A stretch of 64,000 nucleotides of DNA from Minutocellus sp. GHC0000111 (taxonomy: Eukaryota): contig OZ361258.1 of the NCBI GenBank assembly GCA_977018835.1, positions 2,542,001-2,606,000 on the forward strand. Reading direction: 5' to 3'. Position 1 is the stretch's first letter, and each line of letters opens with the position of its first letter. Both the position numbers and the translations under genes were made by a program. Below the pieces are notes generated by a model. The model was given only the letters and a program-made list of their open reading frames with translations, made no database searches and was not told the DNA's origin. Positions 22,332-35,714 of the stretch are shown here, piece after piece.

Positions 22332-24642
22332 ACCACGTTCCTTGATTTTCTCACCGAGTCGTTGGGTGGTGGGCTGCACGTTGCCGGTAGCATCAACCTG
22401 CCGGGGGCGACAGCTTATGTGCCTCAAGATGGTAAGTAGATATGCGGCATATATAATTGCACAACACGCAATCCACTATGGTGATGCTCAATTCTTACCT
22501 TCATTCCTTCCATCTCTCATGTCACATAGACCGCCTCCATGGATTCTTCACCCCCAAAACCTACATGGAGCACTACTGCCGCCTCTCCGGCCTCAAGGAC
22601 GAGCAGGCCGCCAAGAGCGTCACCTCGAATTCCGGCAAGTCCGACGAGGAATGCGGCCGTCAGGAGCACATTGACGAGATTTTTGATGGCCTTGGACTCA
22701 CTTCTCACAAAGACACGATTGTAGGCGACGTCTTCCTCAAGGGACTGAGCGGTGGGCAGAAGAGACGTCTGAGCGTCGCCCTCGAAGCACTTTCAAGTCC
22801 GAAAAACTTCTTCCTTGATGAGCCCACCAGGTGAGTTATGATATGGTATAAAGGAAGGGTTTGTCATTTGTTGAACTTATACCCCCGATAGTCATAGCAA
22901 AACTTACCTCCCAGTATCAATGCCACCATTGTGCTATTGAGTAATTTATCTCATTTGCTTGATATCTATATAATATGATCTGACTGCTGAAATACTTCTT
23001 CGTATCGTGCCTGAAACCCGTCCTATTCTCGTCAACTTTCTTTACACTTTATATAGTGGCTTGGACTCGGAAAGCGCATATCAGCTGATGAAATTTCTCA
23101 AGAAGTATGTGAATGAAGCCAAGGGTAGGCGTGTGATTCTTACCATCCATCAGCCCTCCTCCATCATTTGGAGCCTCATTGACAATGTGGTCCTGCTGTC
23201 CAAGGGCCATCTCGTCTATCAGGGTCCACGCCAAAACATCGAGGAGTTCTTCTCACACTGCCAGCAGCCTACGCCACCCAACTTTAACCCCGCCGACCAT
23301 TACGTATCCGCCATTAATGACGACTTTTGTCTTCACACCAAAGACCCCGAAGCTTGGGCCGCCGACTTTGATGCCTGGAGCCGTGGCCGTCCAAAGGAGT
23401 CCTGGGTCAAGGAGGCCATCGAGGACATCAAGGTGGCGATCCAGAACATTGACGATGATAAGGTGGCTCGTCTTGAGCATGGAGGACGTCGTCGCTCGTC
23501 GGTGGTCAAGCTCAAGAAGGAAATTGAAACGTCGCGCTGGGGAGGATTGACCACCCTGGTCGAGCTTATCCGTCGGTACCTCACGAACTTGTTCTTCAAC
23601 CCGGGAATTCTTGGCACCCGCATCGCCATGTATGTTATGCTTGCCGTCGTCATCGGTGCGCTTTTCTGGAATCTCGGATACAGTACCACGTACTCGTCGA
23701 TTCAAAGCCGCATCGCGCTTCTGTTCTACTGTGTGGCATTCTTTGTTTTCATGTCTGTTGCGGTCCTCCCATTTACGGTAATTGAACGCGCTATCGTGAA
23801 TAAGGAAGTCAAGAATGGATACTACCACCCGGCACTGTATCATGCCGCCCAGGCGCTTGCCTCGCTCCCCGGAACGGCTCTCTTGGCATTCCTCACCACC
23901 CTCATCATTATTACAATGACCAAGCTCAACGCTCCGTACTGGTATTTCCTCAACATGTTCTTGGCTCTGAATTGTGCAGAAGCGCTGGCTCAGTTGGTTT
24001 CGCATGTGGTACCTCATTTTATTATTGGCATGGCCGGTGTTGCTGCTGTAAGTGAACAGATACCTCGGCGATACATCTTCTTCTGTTCTTGGAATTCGTG
24101 AAAAGTGAGGACTAACTTTCACCCTCTTGTTTGTTGTCGCTACTCTCGCCTTCTTGCGGCTCTATGGCCTTTTTATGTTGCTGCAAGGGTTTATGATATT
24201 CCCATCCGACTTCCCGAACTGGCTGGCTTGGGCCTATTATACCGCCTTCCATACCTACTCGTGGAGGACCTTCATGTTCAACGAGTTCAACGGTCAAGAC
24301 TTTCCTGATGCTGCCGAATATGGATTCGCCACAGGTGCCGACGTTCTTGCCCTATATGAAATCGAGGATGTCAACCCCAGGAACGACATGATTGTCTTGA
24401 TTGGTTACGCCGCTATCATCCACATGCTATCCTTTGGCTGGCTGCACTTCAAGTGGATCATGCAAAAGCGTGTTATGGTCGAGCCCGAAACGCCTGCCAC
24501 AAGTGCGGAAGTTGCTGAGCGAAAGCCTTCTACTGCTGATGTTGTTGCTGACAAGGAGGGCGGAGTTGAGGTGGTCAACTTCCGTGCGTCCGCTCTGAAG
24601 AGATTTGACATGTCGTTCGAGACGAGTTTCCAGAACCTTTAG
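22332..24642 (+). pseudogene. ABCG half transporter, 5'-truncated, copy 2
   Basis: Same as copy 1 (+3397) except SRGRP instead of SRGHP. Confidence 0.85.
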
Positions 24643-25728
24643 ACTTCAGTTCCCATGCGTACCTTTCAATACTATAATCCATTAGATGTTCATTTCATGA
24701 TTTTGAGATTTACGTATGTCTCTAGCTGGGGCCGACCCCAGCGACGAGACTCGTGTTTAACCAAGTGGATCTAATGCCACTGGCTCTCTACGCAAACAAA
24801 GCCCGGCAAGGGTTGCAATACACGTAAATTAGTTAGGCGTTTAGCATTTAGCTAGTTCAACGCTTGTTCTTACCAAGTGCACGCTTGCCCTTGACACTTC
24901 GTCTCCGCTGAACCTCCTCGGTCGTCGGGAGCTGACTCAGTTGGTCAAACGCAAGTCCACCCACCGCCACGGTCTTGACACCCCACAACAAAGGGCTTTG
25001 TCCGCGTTCTCCGGCCTTGAACGTTGCCAATATTGCCATGACGACAAGGGACCTTGCGTCCGTATCTTGTCAGCCCCTTTTGCCGCTGGAGTCACCCGCT
25101 TTCCATTTCTTGCTTTGCTAAGTTTGTGTACAGATACGAATATGTACATTATTTTATGTGCATTTTTCAACATCTCCCTCAAAATCTAACTTCTTCTTTG
25201 CTCCACTTGTCGCCTTCAATTTTGCTCGCAAGGCCATGTCGGCTTTATCAATCTGCTGCTCATTGTATCGTCGCGTCGCTTCTCCAGCGCGTGCATGGAA
25301 GGCTTTCTTGACAATCTTGGTGAATATTATCTTCTTTTCGCCTTCCGGTAAGTCAATATCGTTTTCTGCTTTGTTGAATAGTCCCCACAAGTCTTCGTCG
25401 CTGATGATGGTCTTGTATGCCTCCTTGATTGCCTCTTTGCCGACTTCTTCGATGGTCTTTTCATTCACTAATTCCCTTGTTCTTTTCATTACCATCCTTC
25501 CAAAGGGCACATATTGGGGGGCCAGGAGGAATAGGCCACCGCGATTTCGTATCTGGTCGATTGGAGCGTAATATTTCTGTAAGTATCCTGCGTCTTTTAT
25601 TGCTTCGCGATGCAACAGTCTCATTGATTTAACATGCAGCACTGCCTTCCGATCACTGTTCTCACACGTATTTTCATCCTCGTCTTCGTTGTCTTCTTCG
25701 TAGAAGAAGCTTTCAGAGTCTTGCCACA

Positions 25729-28039
25729 ACCACGTTCCTTGATTTTCTCACCGAGTCGTTGGGTGGTGGGCTGCACGTTGCCGGTAGCATCAACCTGCCG
25801 GGGGCGACAGCTTATGTGCCTCAAGATGGTAAGTAGATATGCGGCATATATAATTGCACAACACGCAATCCACTATGGTGATGCTCAATTCTTACCTTCA
25901 TTCCTTCCATCTCTCATGTCACATAGACCGCCTCCATGGATTCTTCACCCCCAAAACCTACATGGAGCACTACTGCCGCCTCTCCGGCCTCAAGGACGAG
26001 CAGGCCGCCAAGAGCGTCACCTCGAATTCCGGCAAGTCCGACGAGGAATGCGGCCGTCAGGAGCACATTGACGAGATTTTTGATGGCCTTGGACTCACTT
26101 CTCACAAAGACACGATTGTAGGCGACGTCTTCCTCAAGGGACTGAGCGGTGGGCAGAAGAGACGTCTGAGCGTCGCCCTCGAAGCACTTTCAAGTCCGAA
26201 AAACTTCTTCCTTGATGAGCCCACCAGGTGAGTTATGATATGGTATAAAGGAAGGGTTTGTCATTTGTTGAACTTATACCCCCGATAGTCATAGCAAAAC
26301 TTACCTCCCAGTATCAATGCCACCATTGTGCTATTGAGTAATTTATCTCATTTGCTTGATATCTATATAATATGATCTGACTGCTGAAATACTTCTTCGT
26401 ATCGTGCCTGAAACCCGTCCTATTCTCGTCAACTTTCTTTACACTTTATATAGTGGCTTGGACTCGGAAAGCGCATATCAGCTGATGAAATTTCTCAAGA
26501 AGTATGTGAATGAAGCCAAGGGTAGGCGTGTGATTCTTACCATCCATCAGCCCTCCTCCATCATTTGGAGCCTCATTGACAATGTGGTCCTGCTGTCCAA
26601 GGGCCATCTCGTCTATCAGGGTCCACGCCAAAACATCGAGGAGTTCTTCTCACACTGCCAGCAGCCTACGCCACCCAACTTTAACCCCGCCGACCATTAC
26701 GTATCCGCCATTAATGACGACTTTTGTCTTCACACCAAAGACCCCGAAGCTTGGGCCGCCGACTTTGATGCCTGGAGCCGTGGCCGTCCAAAGGAGTCCT
26801 GGGTCAAGGAGGCCATCGAGGACATCAAGGTGGCGATCCAGAACATTGACGATGATAAGGTGGCTCGTCTTGAGCATGGAGGACGTCGTCGCTCGTCGGT
26901 GGTCAAGCTCAAGAAGGAAATTGAAACGTCGCGCTGGGGAGGATTGACCACCCTGGTCGAGCTTATCCGTCGGTACCTCACGAACTTGTTCTTCAACCCG
27001 GGAATTCTTGGCACCCGCATCGCCATGTATGTTATGCTTGCCGTCGTCATCGGTGCGCTTTTCTGGAATCTCGGATACAGTACCACGTACTCGTCGATTC
27101 AAAGCCGCATCGCGCTTCTGTTCTACTGTGTGGCATTCTTTGTTTTCATGTCTGTTGCGGTCCTCCCATTTACGGTAATTGAACGCGCTATCGTGAATAA
27201 GGAAGTCAAGAATGGATACTACCACCCGGCACTGTATCATGCCGCCCAGGCGCTTGCCTCGCTCCCCGGAACGGCTCTCTTGGCATTCCTCACCACCCTC
27301 ATCATTATTACAATGACCAAGCTCAACGCTCCGTACTGGTATTTCCTCAACATGTTCTTGGCTCTGAATTGTGCAGAAGCGCTGGCTCAGTTGGTTTCGC
27401 ATGTGGTACCTCATTTTATTATTGGCATGGCCGGTGTTGCTGCTGTAAGTGAACAGATACCTCGGCGATACATCTTCTTCTGTTCTTGGAATTCGTGAAA
27501 AGTGAGGACTAACTTTCACCCTCTTGTTTGTTGTCGCTACTCTCGCCTTCTTGCGGCTCTATGGCCTTTTTATGTTGCTGCAAGGGTTTATGATATTCCC
27601 ATCCGACTTCCCGAACTGGCTGGCTTGGGCCTATTATACCGCCTTCCATACCTACTCGTGGAGGACCTTCATGTTCAACGAGTTCAACGGTCAAGACTTT
27701 CCTGATGCTGCCGAATATGGATTCGCCACAGGTGCCGACGTTCTTGCCCTATATGAAATCGAGGATGTCAACCCCAGGAACGACATGATTGTCTTGATTG
27801 GTTACGCCGCTATCATCCACATGCTATCCTTTGGCTGGCTGCACTTCAAGTGGATCATGCAAAAGCGTGTTATGGTCGAGCCCGAAACGCCTGCCACAAG
27901 TGCGGAAGTTGCTGAGCGAAAGCCTTCTACTGCTGATGTTGTTGCTGACAAGGAGGGCGGAGTTGAGGTGGTCAACTTCCGTGCGTCCGCTCTGAAGAGA
28001 TTTGACATGTCGTTCGAGACGAGTTTCCAGAACCTTTAG
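25729..28039 (+). pseudogene. ABCG half transporter, 5'-truncated, copy 3
   Basis: Same as copy 2 (+3397). Confidence 0.85.
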
Positions 28040-29125
28040 ACTTCAGTTCCCATGCGTACCTTTCAATACTATAATCCATTAGATGTTCATTTCATGATTT
28101 TGAGATTTACGTATGTCTCTAGCTGGGGCCGACCCCAGCGACGAGACTCGTGTTTAACCAAGTGGATCTAATGCCACTGGCTCTCTACGCAAACAAAGCC
28201 CGGCAAGGGTTGCAATACACGTAAATTAGTTAGGCGTTTAGCATTTAGCTAGTTCAACGCTTGTTCTTACCAAGTGCACGCTTGCCCTTGACACTTCGTC
28301 TCCGCTGAACCTCCTCGGTCGTCGGGAGCTGACTCAGTTGGTCAAACGCAAGTCCACCCACCGCCACGGTCTTGACACCCCACAACAAAGGGCTTTGTCC
28401 GCGTTCTCCGGCCTTGAACGTTGCCAATATTGCCATGACGACAAGGGACCTTGCGTCCGTATCTTGTCAGCCCCTTTTGCCGCTGGAGTCACCCGCTTTC
28501 CATTTCTTGCTTTGCTAAGTTTGTGTACAGATACGAATATGTACATTATTTTATGTGCATTTTTCAACATCTCCCTCAAAATCTAACTTCTTCTTTGCTC
28601 CACTTGTCGCCTTCAATTTTGCTCGCAAGGCCATGTCGGCTTTATCAATCTGCTGCTCATTGTATCGTCGCGTCGCTTCTCCAGCGCGTGCATGGAAGGC
28701 TTTCTTGACAATCTTGGTGAATATTATCTTCTTTTCGCCTTCCGGTAAGTCAATATCGTTTTCTGCTTTGTTGAATAGTCCCCACAAGTCTTCGTCGCTG
28801 ATGATGGTCTTGTATGCCTCCTTGATTGCCTCTTTGCCGACTTCTTCGATGGTCTTTTCATTCACTAATTCCCTTGTTCTTTTCATTACCATCCTTCCAA
28901 AGGGCACATATTGGGGGGCCAGGAGGAATAGGCCACCGCGATTTCGTATCTGGTCGATTGGAGCGTAATATTTCTGTAAGTATCCTGCGTCTTTTATTGC
29001 TTCGCGATGCAACAGTCTCATTGATTTAACATGCAGCACTGCCTTCCGATCACTGTTCTCACACGTATTTTCATCCTCGTCTTCGTTGTCTTCTTCGTAG
29101 AAGAAGCTTTCAGAGTCTTGCCACA

Positions 29126-31436
29126 ACCACGTTCCTTGATTTTCTCACCGAGTCGTTGGGTGGTGGGCTGCACGTTGCCGGTAGCATCAACCTGCCGGGG
29201 GCGACAGCTTATGTGCCTCAAGATGGTAAGTAGATATGCGGCATATATAATTGCACAACACGCAATCCACTATGGTGATGCTCAATTCTTACCTTCATTC
29301 CTTCCATCTCTCATGTCACATAGACCGCCTCCATGGATTCTTCACCCCCAAAACCTACATGGAGCACTACTGCCGCCTCTCCGGCCTCAAGGACGAGCAG
29401 GCCGCCAAGAGCGTCACCTCGAATTCCGGCAAGTCCGACGAGGAATGCGGCCGTCAGGAGCACATTGACGAGATTTTTGATGGCCTTGGACTCACTTCTC
29501 ACAAAGACACGATTGTAGGCGACGTCTTCCTCAAGGGACTGAGCGGTGGGCAGAAGAGACGTCTGAGCGTCGCCCTCGAAGCACTTTCAAGTCCGAAAAA
29601 CTTCTTCCTTGATGAGCCCACCAGGTGAGTTATGATATGGTATAAAGGAAGGGTTTGTCATTTGTTGAACTTATACCCCCGATAGTCATAGCAAAACTTA
29701 CCTCCCAGTATCAATGCCACCATTGTGCTATTGAGTAATTTATCTCATTTGCTTGATATCTATATAATATGATCTGACTGCTGAAATACTTCTTCGTATC
29801 GTGCCTGAAACCCGTCCTATTCTCGTCAACTTTCTTTACACTTTATATAGTGGCTTGGACTCGGAAAGCGCATATCAGCTGATGAAATTTCTCAAGAAGT
29901 ATGTGAATGAAGCCAAGGGTAGGCGTGTGATTCTTACCATCCATCAGCCCTCCTCCATCATTTGGAGCCTCATTGACAATGTGGTCCTGCTGTCCAAGGG
30001 CCATCTCGTCTATCAGGGTCCACGCCAAAACATCGAGGAGTTCTTCTCACACTGCCAGCAGCCTACGCCACCCAACTTTAACCCCGCCGACCATTACGTA
30101 TCCGCCATTAATGACGACTTTTGTCTTCACACCAAAGACCCCGAAGCTTGGGCCGCCGACTTTGATGCCTGGAGCCGTGGCCGTCCAAAGGAGTCCTGGG
30201 TCAAGGAGGCCATCGAGGACATCAAGGTGGCGATCCAGAACATTGACGATGATAAGGTGGCTCGTCTTGAGCATGGAGGACGTCGTCGCTCGTCGGTGGT
30301 CAAGCTCAAGAAGGAAATTGAAACGTCGCGCTGGGGAGGATTGACCACCCTGGTCGAGCTTATCCGTCGGTACCTCACGAACTTGTTCTTCAACCCGGGA
30401 ATTCTTGGCACCCGCATCGCCATGTATGTTATGCTTGCCGTCGTCATCGGTGCGCTTTTCTGGAATCTCGGATACAGTACCACGTACTCGTCGATTCAAA
30501 GCCGCATCGCGCTTCTGTTCTACTGTGTGGCATTCTTTGTTTTCATGTCTGTTGCGGTCCTCCCATTTACGGTAATTGAACGCGCTATCGTGAATAAGGA
30601 AGTCAAGAATGGATACTACCACCCGGCACTGTATCATGCCGCCCAGGCGCTTGCCTCGCTCCCCGGAACGGCTCTCTTGGCATTCCTCACCACCCTCATC
30701 ATTATTACAATGACCAAGCTCAACGCTCCGTACTGGTATTTCCTCAACATGTTCTTGGCTCTGAATTGTGCAGAAGCGCTGGCTCAGTTGGTTTCGCATG
30801 TGGTACCTCATTTTATTATTGGCATGGCCGGTGTTGCTGCTGTAAGTGAACAGATACCTCGGCGATACATCTTCTTCTGTTCTTGGAATTCGTGAAAAGT
30901 GAGGACTAACTTTCACCCTCTTGTTTGTTGTCGCTACTCTCGCCTTCTTGCGGCTCTATGGCCTTTTTATGTTGCTGCAAGGGTTTATGATATTCCCATC
31001 CGACTTCCCGAACTGGCTGGCTTGGGCCTATTATACCGCCTTCCATACCTACTCGTGGAGGACCTTCATGTTCAACGAGTTCAACGGTCAAGACTTTCCT
31101 GATGCTGCCGAATATGGATTCGCCACAGGTGCCGACGTTCTTGCCCTATATGAAATCGAGGATGTCAACCCCAGGAACGACATGATTGTCTTGATTGGTT
31201 ACGCCGCTATCATCCACATGCTATCCTTTGGCTGGCTGCACTTCAAGTGGATCATGCAAAAGCGTGTTATGGTCGAGCCCGAAACGCCTGCCACAAGTGC
31301 GGAAGTTGCTGAGCGAAAGCCTTCTACTGCTGATGTTGTTGCTGACAAGGAGGGCGGAGTTGAGGTGGTCAACTTCCGTGCGTCCGCTCTGAAGAGATTT
31401 GACATGTCGTTCGAGACGAGTTTCCAGAACCTTTAG
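29126..31436 (+). pseudogene. ABCG half transporter, 5'-truncated, copy 4 (contiguous with the unique right flank)
   Basis: Same as copy 2 (+6794). Its 3' intergenic region runs directly into the intact convergent gene. Confidence 0.85.
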
Positions 31437-31650
31437 ACTTCAGTTCCCATGCGTACCTTTCAATACTATAATCCATTAGATGTTCATTTCATGATTTTGA
31501 GATTTACGTATGTCTCTAGCTGGGGCCGACCCCAGCGACGAGACTCGTGTTTAACCAAGTGGATCTAATGCCACTGGCTCTCTACGCAAACAAAGCCCGG
31601 CAAGGGTTGCAATACACGTAAATTAGTTAGGCGTTTAGCATTTAGCTAGT

Positions 31651-32717
31651 TCAACGCTTGTTCTTACCAAGTGCACGCTTGCCCTTGACACTTCGTCTCC
31701 GCTGAACCTCCTCGGTCGTCGGGAGCTGACTCAGTTGGTCAAACGCAAGTCCACCCACCGCCACGGTCTTGACACCCCACAACAAAGGGCTTTGTCCGCG
31801 TTCTCCGGCCTTGAACGTTGCCAATATTGCCATGACGACATTGACGGCATAAATCGTCCCCAGTCCACCCTGCAAACAATCTCTCAGCGGCGTCGGAAGG
31901 TTGGTCAACGGAAAGCCGGGGTATTCTACGAATGCCATGAGCATAATAGCCAACGAGCCAATGAAGTGACCGACTTGGAGAGGCCCAGACCCAATACCCA
32001 AAAACGGCTTGGCCTTCTCTCCGAGCAATGCACTGACGGTACCGTACTCCTCTTCCTCAAAAAGCGTTTCGTCAGCGTCGGCAAAGGGCTGAGCCTCGAG
32101 CAACTTCTTCATCGCCTCAATGTCCTTGCGATTCACTTTTGGCTTAAACTCCTCCTTTGCCGCCTCGATTTCGGCCTCCTCCTCGCGTTCTCGGCGGCGG
32201 GCACGGGCCTCACGGATGTCGGGCAGAGGCAGAGAGGAGGCCTCCTCGTCGTCCTCTACAAAGTTTTTTTTCAAGTGTGAGGTGAAATGAGGTGAGAAAC
32301 ATTTTTGTGCTCTCTCTGGCAACTTTGGAGATCTTAACCAGCTACCAAACGAACAAGACATCACTCACCAACGAATCCATCGGCACCGAGATCGAACGCC
32401 ATCTCGGCCGCCTTGAGCTCGGCCGCGGCGTCCAGCTTGGCCGGTGCCGCTGCTGTTGCGCCTTCGGCCTTCTCCGCCGAAGCGGGTGCCGCCGGTGCAG
32501 ACGCAGAAGCTCCAGACGCATCGGGAGCCACCTTGCGCTTCCTGCGGCGCTTCTTCTGCGCATTCAATGCGGTTGCAGAGTAAATCGATTGGACATTGTG
32601 GGCAGCCCAAGAGGGAGAAGCGGGGGCAAAGGCCTCGCAGGGGATGGTTGAAGTTGAGGAGAGGGCGACGGCGAGGGCGCACAGAAGGACGCACGAGGAT
32701 ACGGACGGTCGGGTCAT
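31651..32717 (-). CDS. Plastid-targeted membrane protein of unknown function, 2 exons (intron 32256-32368)
   Basis: Signal peptide plus CEAFAP (ASAFAP-type) motif; a GTGAGT...TAG intron joins FV/EDDEE in frame; C-terminal hydrophobic helices. Its last ~63 codons are duplicated in the array units. Confidence 0.8.
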
Positions 32718-33033
32718 GATTTATAATACGCTTTCAGAGTAAAAATAGAACCAAAAATACCTGCGGGCGATATCAATGGATGAAAGTTGCTGCTACACGT
32801 GGTTCAAGGGAAAAGAAGTCAACGGCGGTGCGGTGATCGTGATGGTCGTTTTGGTCAGATCATCTTGAAGCATCCCCTCTCACGAGAGCAGGTTCAGGCT
32901 TTTGTACTCCACTGACGTGTTGGATGGAAGAGGATGGCCGGCTTGCTTGCAAATTCAAACCGGCCAAAAATGAGCTCTTGTTCCTCACCTACCTAGGTAC
33001 TGTATTCCTCACAACACGATAAGTAACGAAACC

Positions 33034-34136
33034 ATGATGATCCCGTGCCGTTCGGCTCTCGCCGTACTTCTGGCATGCGCCCTGGCCTCGTCTGTTTCGG
33101 CTTACAGCGGTGAGTTTGATTTTGACTTTTTGGGCGCAAAACCCGCACACGATGCGACAAGCACCGCCATTGCTGTGATGGGCGGTGGTTTGTGCCGGTA
33201 CATGTATCCGAACCGCATGATATGCACATGCCTTCATGTATGCGTTTGTTGACTTGTATGTGCTGTTTTTTTCAAAACCAAGCTCACTGGCTTCTATAAC
33301 TGATCGTTCACGCGTATCTTTCGCTCATGCGCGCAGCTGACACGGCGGCTCTCGGCAAGGCCAACTTCGCCAAGTATTATCCGAGTCTGCCCGCCGATGC
33401 CTCGTCCATCGCCGTCGGTGCCGGTGGTTGGTCGGCCATGGAGAAACTTTCGGCCGACCCCAAGGCTGAATTCGTCAACATGATTGCCTCCAACCTGTCC
33501 ACGTCGGGTGGCAAGGTGAAGCAGGGCGAGGCCATTGACGATGGCAAGCTCAACGCTTTGGTCGCGCTGCTCCAGGCCCGTGGCAAGGGTTTCGACGCCG
33601 ACCTCATTGACGGTACGTGGCTGGCCGTCCTGTCTCGTCAGGGCAAAAAGTCGCCCAAGGTCCAAAAGCTGGTATCGAGCAAGAGCAAGGTGAAGAAGGC
33701 CTACGCCAACTTTAACGTGGCCGAGCAGATCTTTGAGAATGAGAGCTACACGCCCCATGGTCGTGGTACCCTCCAGGCTACGGTGGAGTACAATCCTACC
33801 AACGAGGCGTATGAGATTGGAGCCGACGGCAGTATTGTTCTGCGACGAATCAGTTGTGACATTACCAACGCATCGTTCAAGTATTGGAAGTTGCCTAAGC
33901 TGCCCCTCCCGCTCAAGAAGAAGGGTGGGTATCTCGACGTGTTGTATTTGGATGACGACATGCGTATCACGCGAGGCAACCGTGGGGGTTTGTTTGTGCA
34001 CTTTCGTCCGGACTTTTTGAACAAGGTGACCAAGCCCGCTGACTTTCATCAGGCCTTGTTGGAGGAGAAGATTCTGCAAGATGAAAAGGCTGCCAAGAAG
34101 AAGAGCTGGTGGCGTCGGCTGTTGAGGAGGACGTAA
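33034..34136 (+). CDS. Plastid lipid-associated protein / fibrillin, 2 exons (intron 33110-33336)
   Basis: Signal peptide ...SSVSAYS; in-frame GT-AG intron; LIDGTWL and YLDVLYLDDDMRITRGNRGGLFV PAP/fibrillin motifs. Confidence 0.85.
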
Positions 34137-34397
34137 ATTGTTGGTGGGTGCATGTATGTAGGCGTGAGGATGTCTTCCCGTTTGTAATGATGAAAAAGAG
34201 ATAATTCAGACAAGCACAGCAAACCCATTCCCCCGGTATCATTTGTGTTCAGCTACTTTACGCGCTGCTAATATATGTGTAGAAATCAAGTCAAAGCAAT
34301 CCCGGCTTTTTGTGTCTTTTTTGTCATGCCTCTCAGACATATGCAGGTAAATATATTATGCGATCAAACGGCTGGCATCATTCTTGGGGCGTTGGGC

Positions 34398-35139
34398 CTA
34401 CTTGGCCTTTTTAGAGGCGTCTGGGCCTGGATTGGCCTTGGCCTTTCTCTTCTTCTCCTCCCTCTTTCTCCTGGACTCTTCGACATACTCTTTATAAATC
34501 TCGTCACATTGCCCCGGCTGGCCTCTCTCGAAATCATCTCGGGTGTAGGCTATGCTTTTCTTGGTGATATGCATAGAGCCTAGAGCTTTGAATTTATATC
34601 GCTGCAGCTGCTTTTGGAAAGAACGAAAATGCTTCATTTCGTCAAAGCACCCGTGATGTAGAATCTCTCGTTCGAATAGATCGACGTCTTTCACTACGAA
34701 GGACTTGCCGTCGTCACTCCATGAGAGTATGTGGTTGTAGTGAGATTGTCTGAGAAGATAATGAAGCTTTGCTGGAAAGTGCATTGAAAGACATGTTGGA
34801 TGCGACGATGAGAAGTCTGTGAAATTACATTCGATCTCGCTGCTGGTATCTATTGTCTCTCTTGCATGCATCGTCTCCAGTCGTTTCTGTGCCGGCACTT
34901 GTCTCTGTGAAGGAGATGCCAAACAGATCACTGATACTTGATGCAGTATAATCGTTTGATGGCCATGTATCCTGAGAAATAATGCTCTGACCATCAAGTC
35001 CAGGGCTCTGCACAATTTTGGGAACGTCGATTACCCCTGGCGGTCCGTCTGTCTGGGACCGACGGAAACAATCAACGAAGAGCTTTCGATCGTTCTCATT
35101 CGAGAATATAGATTGGAGGGATCGACTGCTCAAGGACAT
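34398..35139 (-). CDS. HSF-type DNA-binding domain protein; frameshift near 34860
   Basis: FPAKLHYLL..HILSWSDDGKSFVVKDVDLFEREIL..FRSFQKQLQRYKF. The N-terminal part (MSLSSRSL, ATG 35139) is in another frame and joins at an AG-repeat. Confidence 0.75.
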
Positions 35140-35714
35140 ATTGTCAGAATACTGCAGTGATTTGCAATTGTGTTTTATGGGAGCATGAGCAACCAATCGT
35201 GGTCCGTGTCGCGTCGTCTCCCTTCGCGTGCAACGTTGGGGTATCATCGGCTCGCTTGCTTGTGCATGAAGTGGCTGAGCGAACCCCGCTTCACTACCAA
35301 CGGACGCGCATGCGAACCCCACCTGATCCTGCCGGCAATCAACACCTGATCCTTCTTGGTCCTCGGCAACGCGTTGAAAGTATGGTGTCGCTGGCGAGCG
35401 ACATGATGTCGCTTGCCGGCGACATGGGCTTTCGATGGTGCACAATGTTGAAGAGGGCAGGCCCATGCTTGATGAGGCTCTTTTTGTCGTTTGTTATCAA
35501 TTCTTCGTGTCGATTCCAACACATTTCTTCATCATGCACAGACTTGAGCAGGCGCCCGGGGGTTGCTTTGTGAAAAAAGGTGCTCGAGAGGTGATCTTTT
35601 GGAAAGCTGGCGATGCGTAATAAAAAGTACACCTCGTACTGTCTAGAGTAGCTAGCTAGCTAGCTAGCTCTAGCTAGAGTACACAATCATCGCAGATCTC
35701 GTCCTTCGTCTCTC

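Larger units (their letters stand above)
18528..31840. repeat. Tandem array, 3397-bp unit, about 3.9 copies, nearly identical
   Basis: Identical ORF sets recur at +3397 (e.g. 19610, 23007, 26404, 29801). Left edge GAATATTATC at 18528 matches 21925; right edge 31840 matches 21649. The only difference I noticed is A at 19992 versus G in the other copies. Confidence 0.97.

Noticed and set aside
21757..22332. Calling the RNRGGL ORF a P-element transposase C-terminus
   Set aside because: Only a short motif resembles it and no catalytic residues are present; a profile search is needed.
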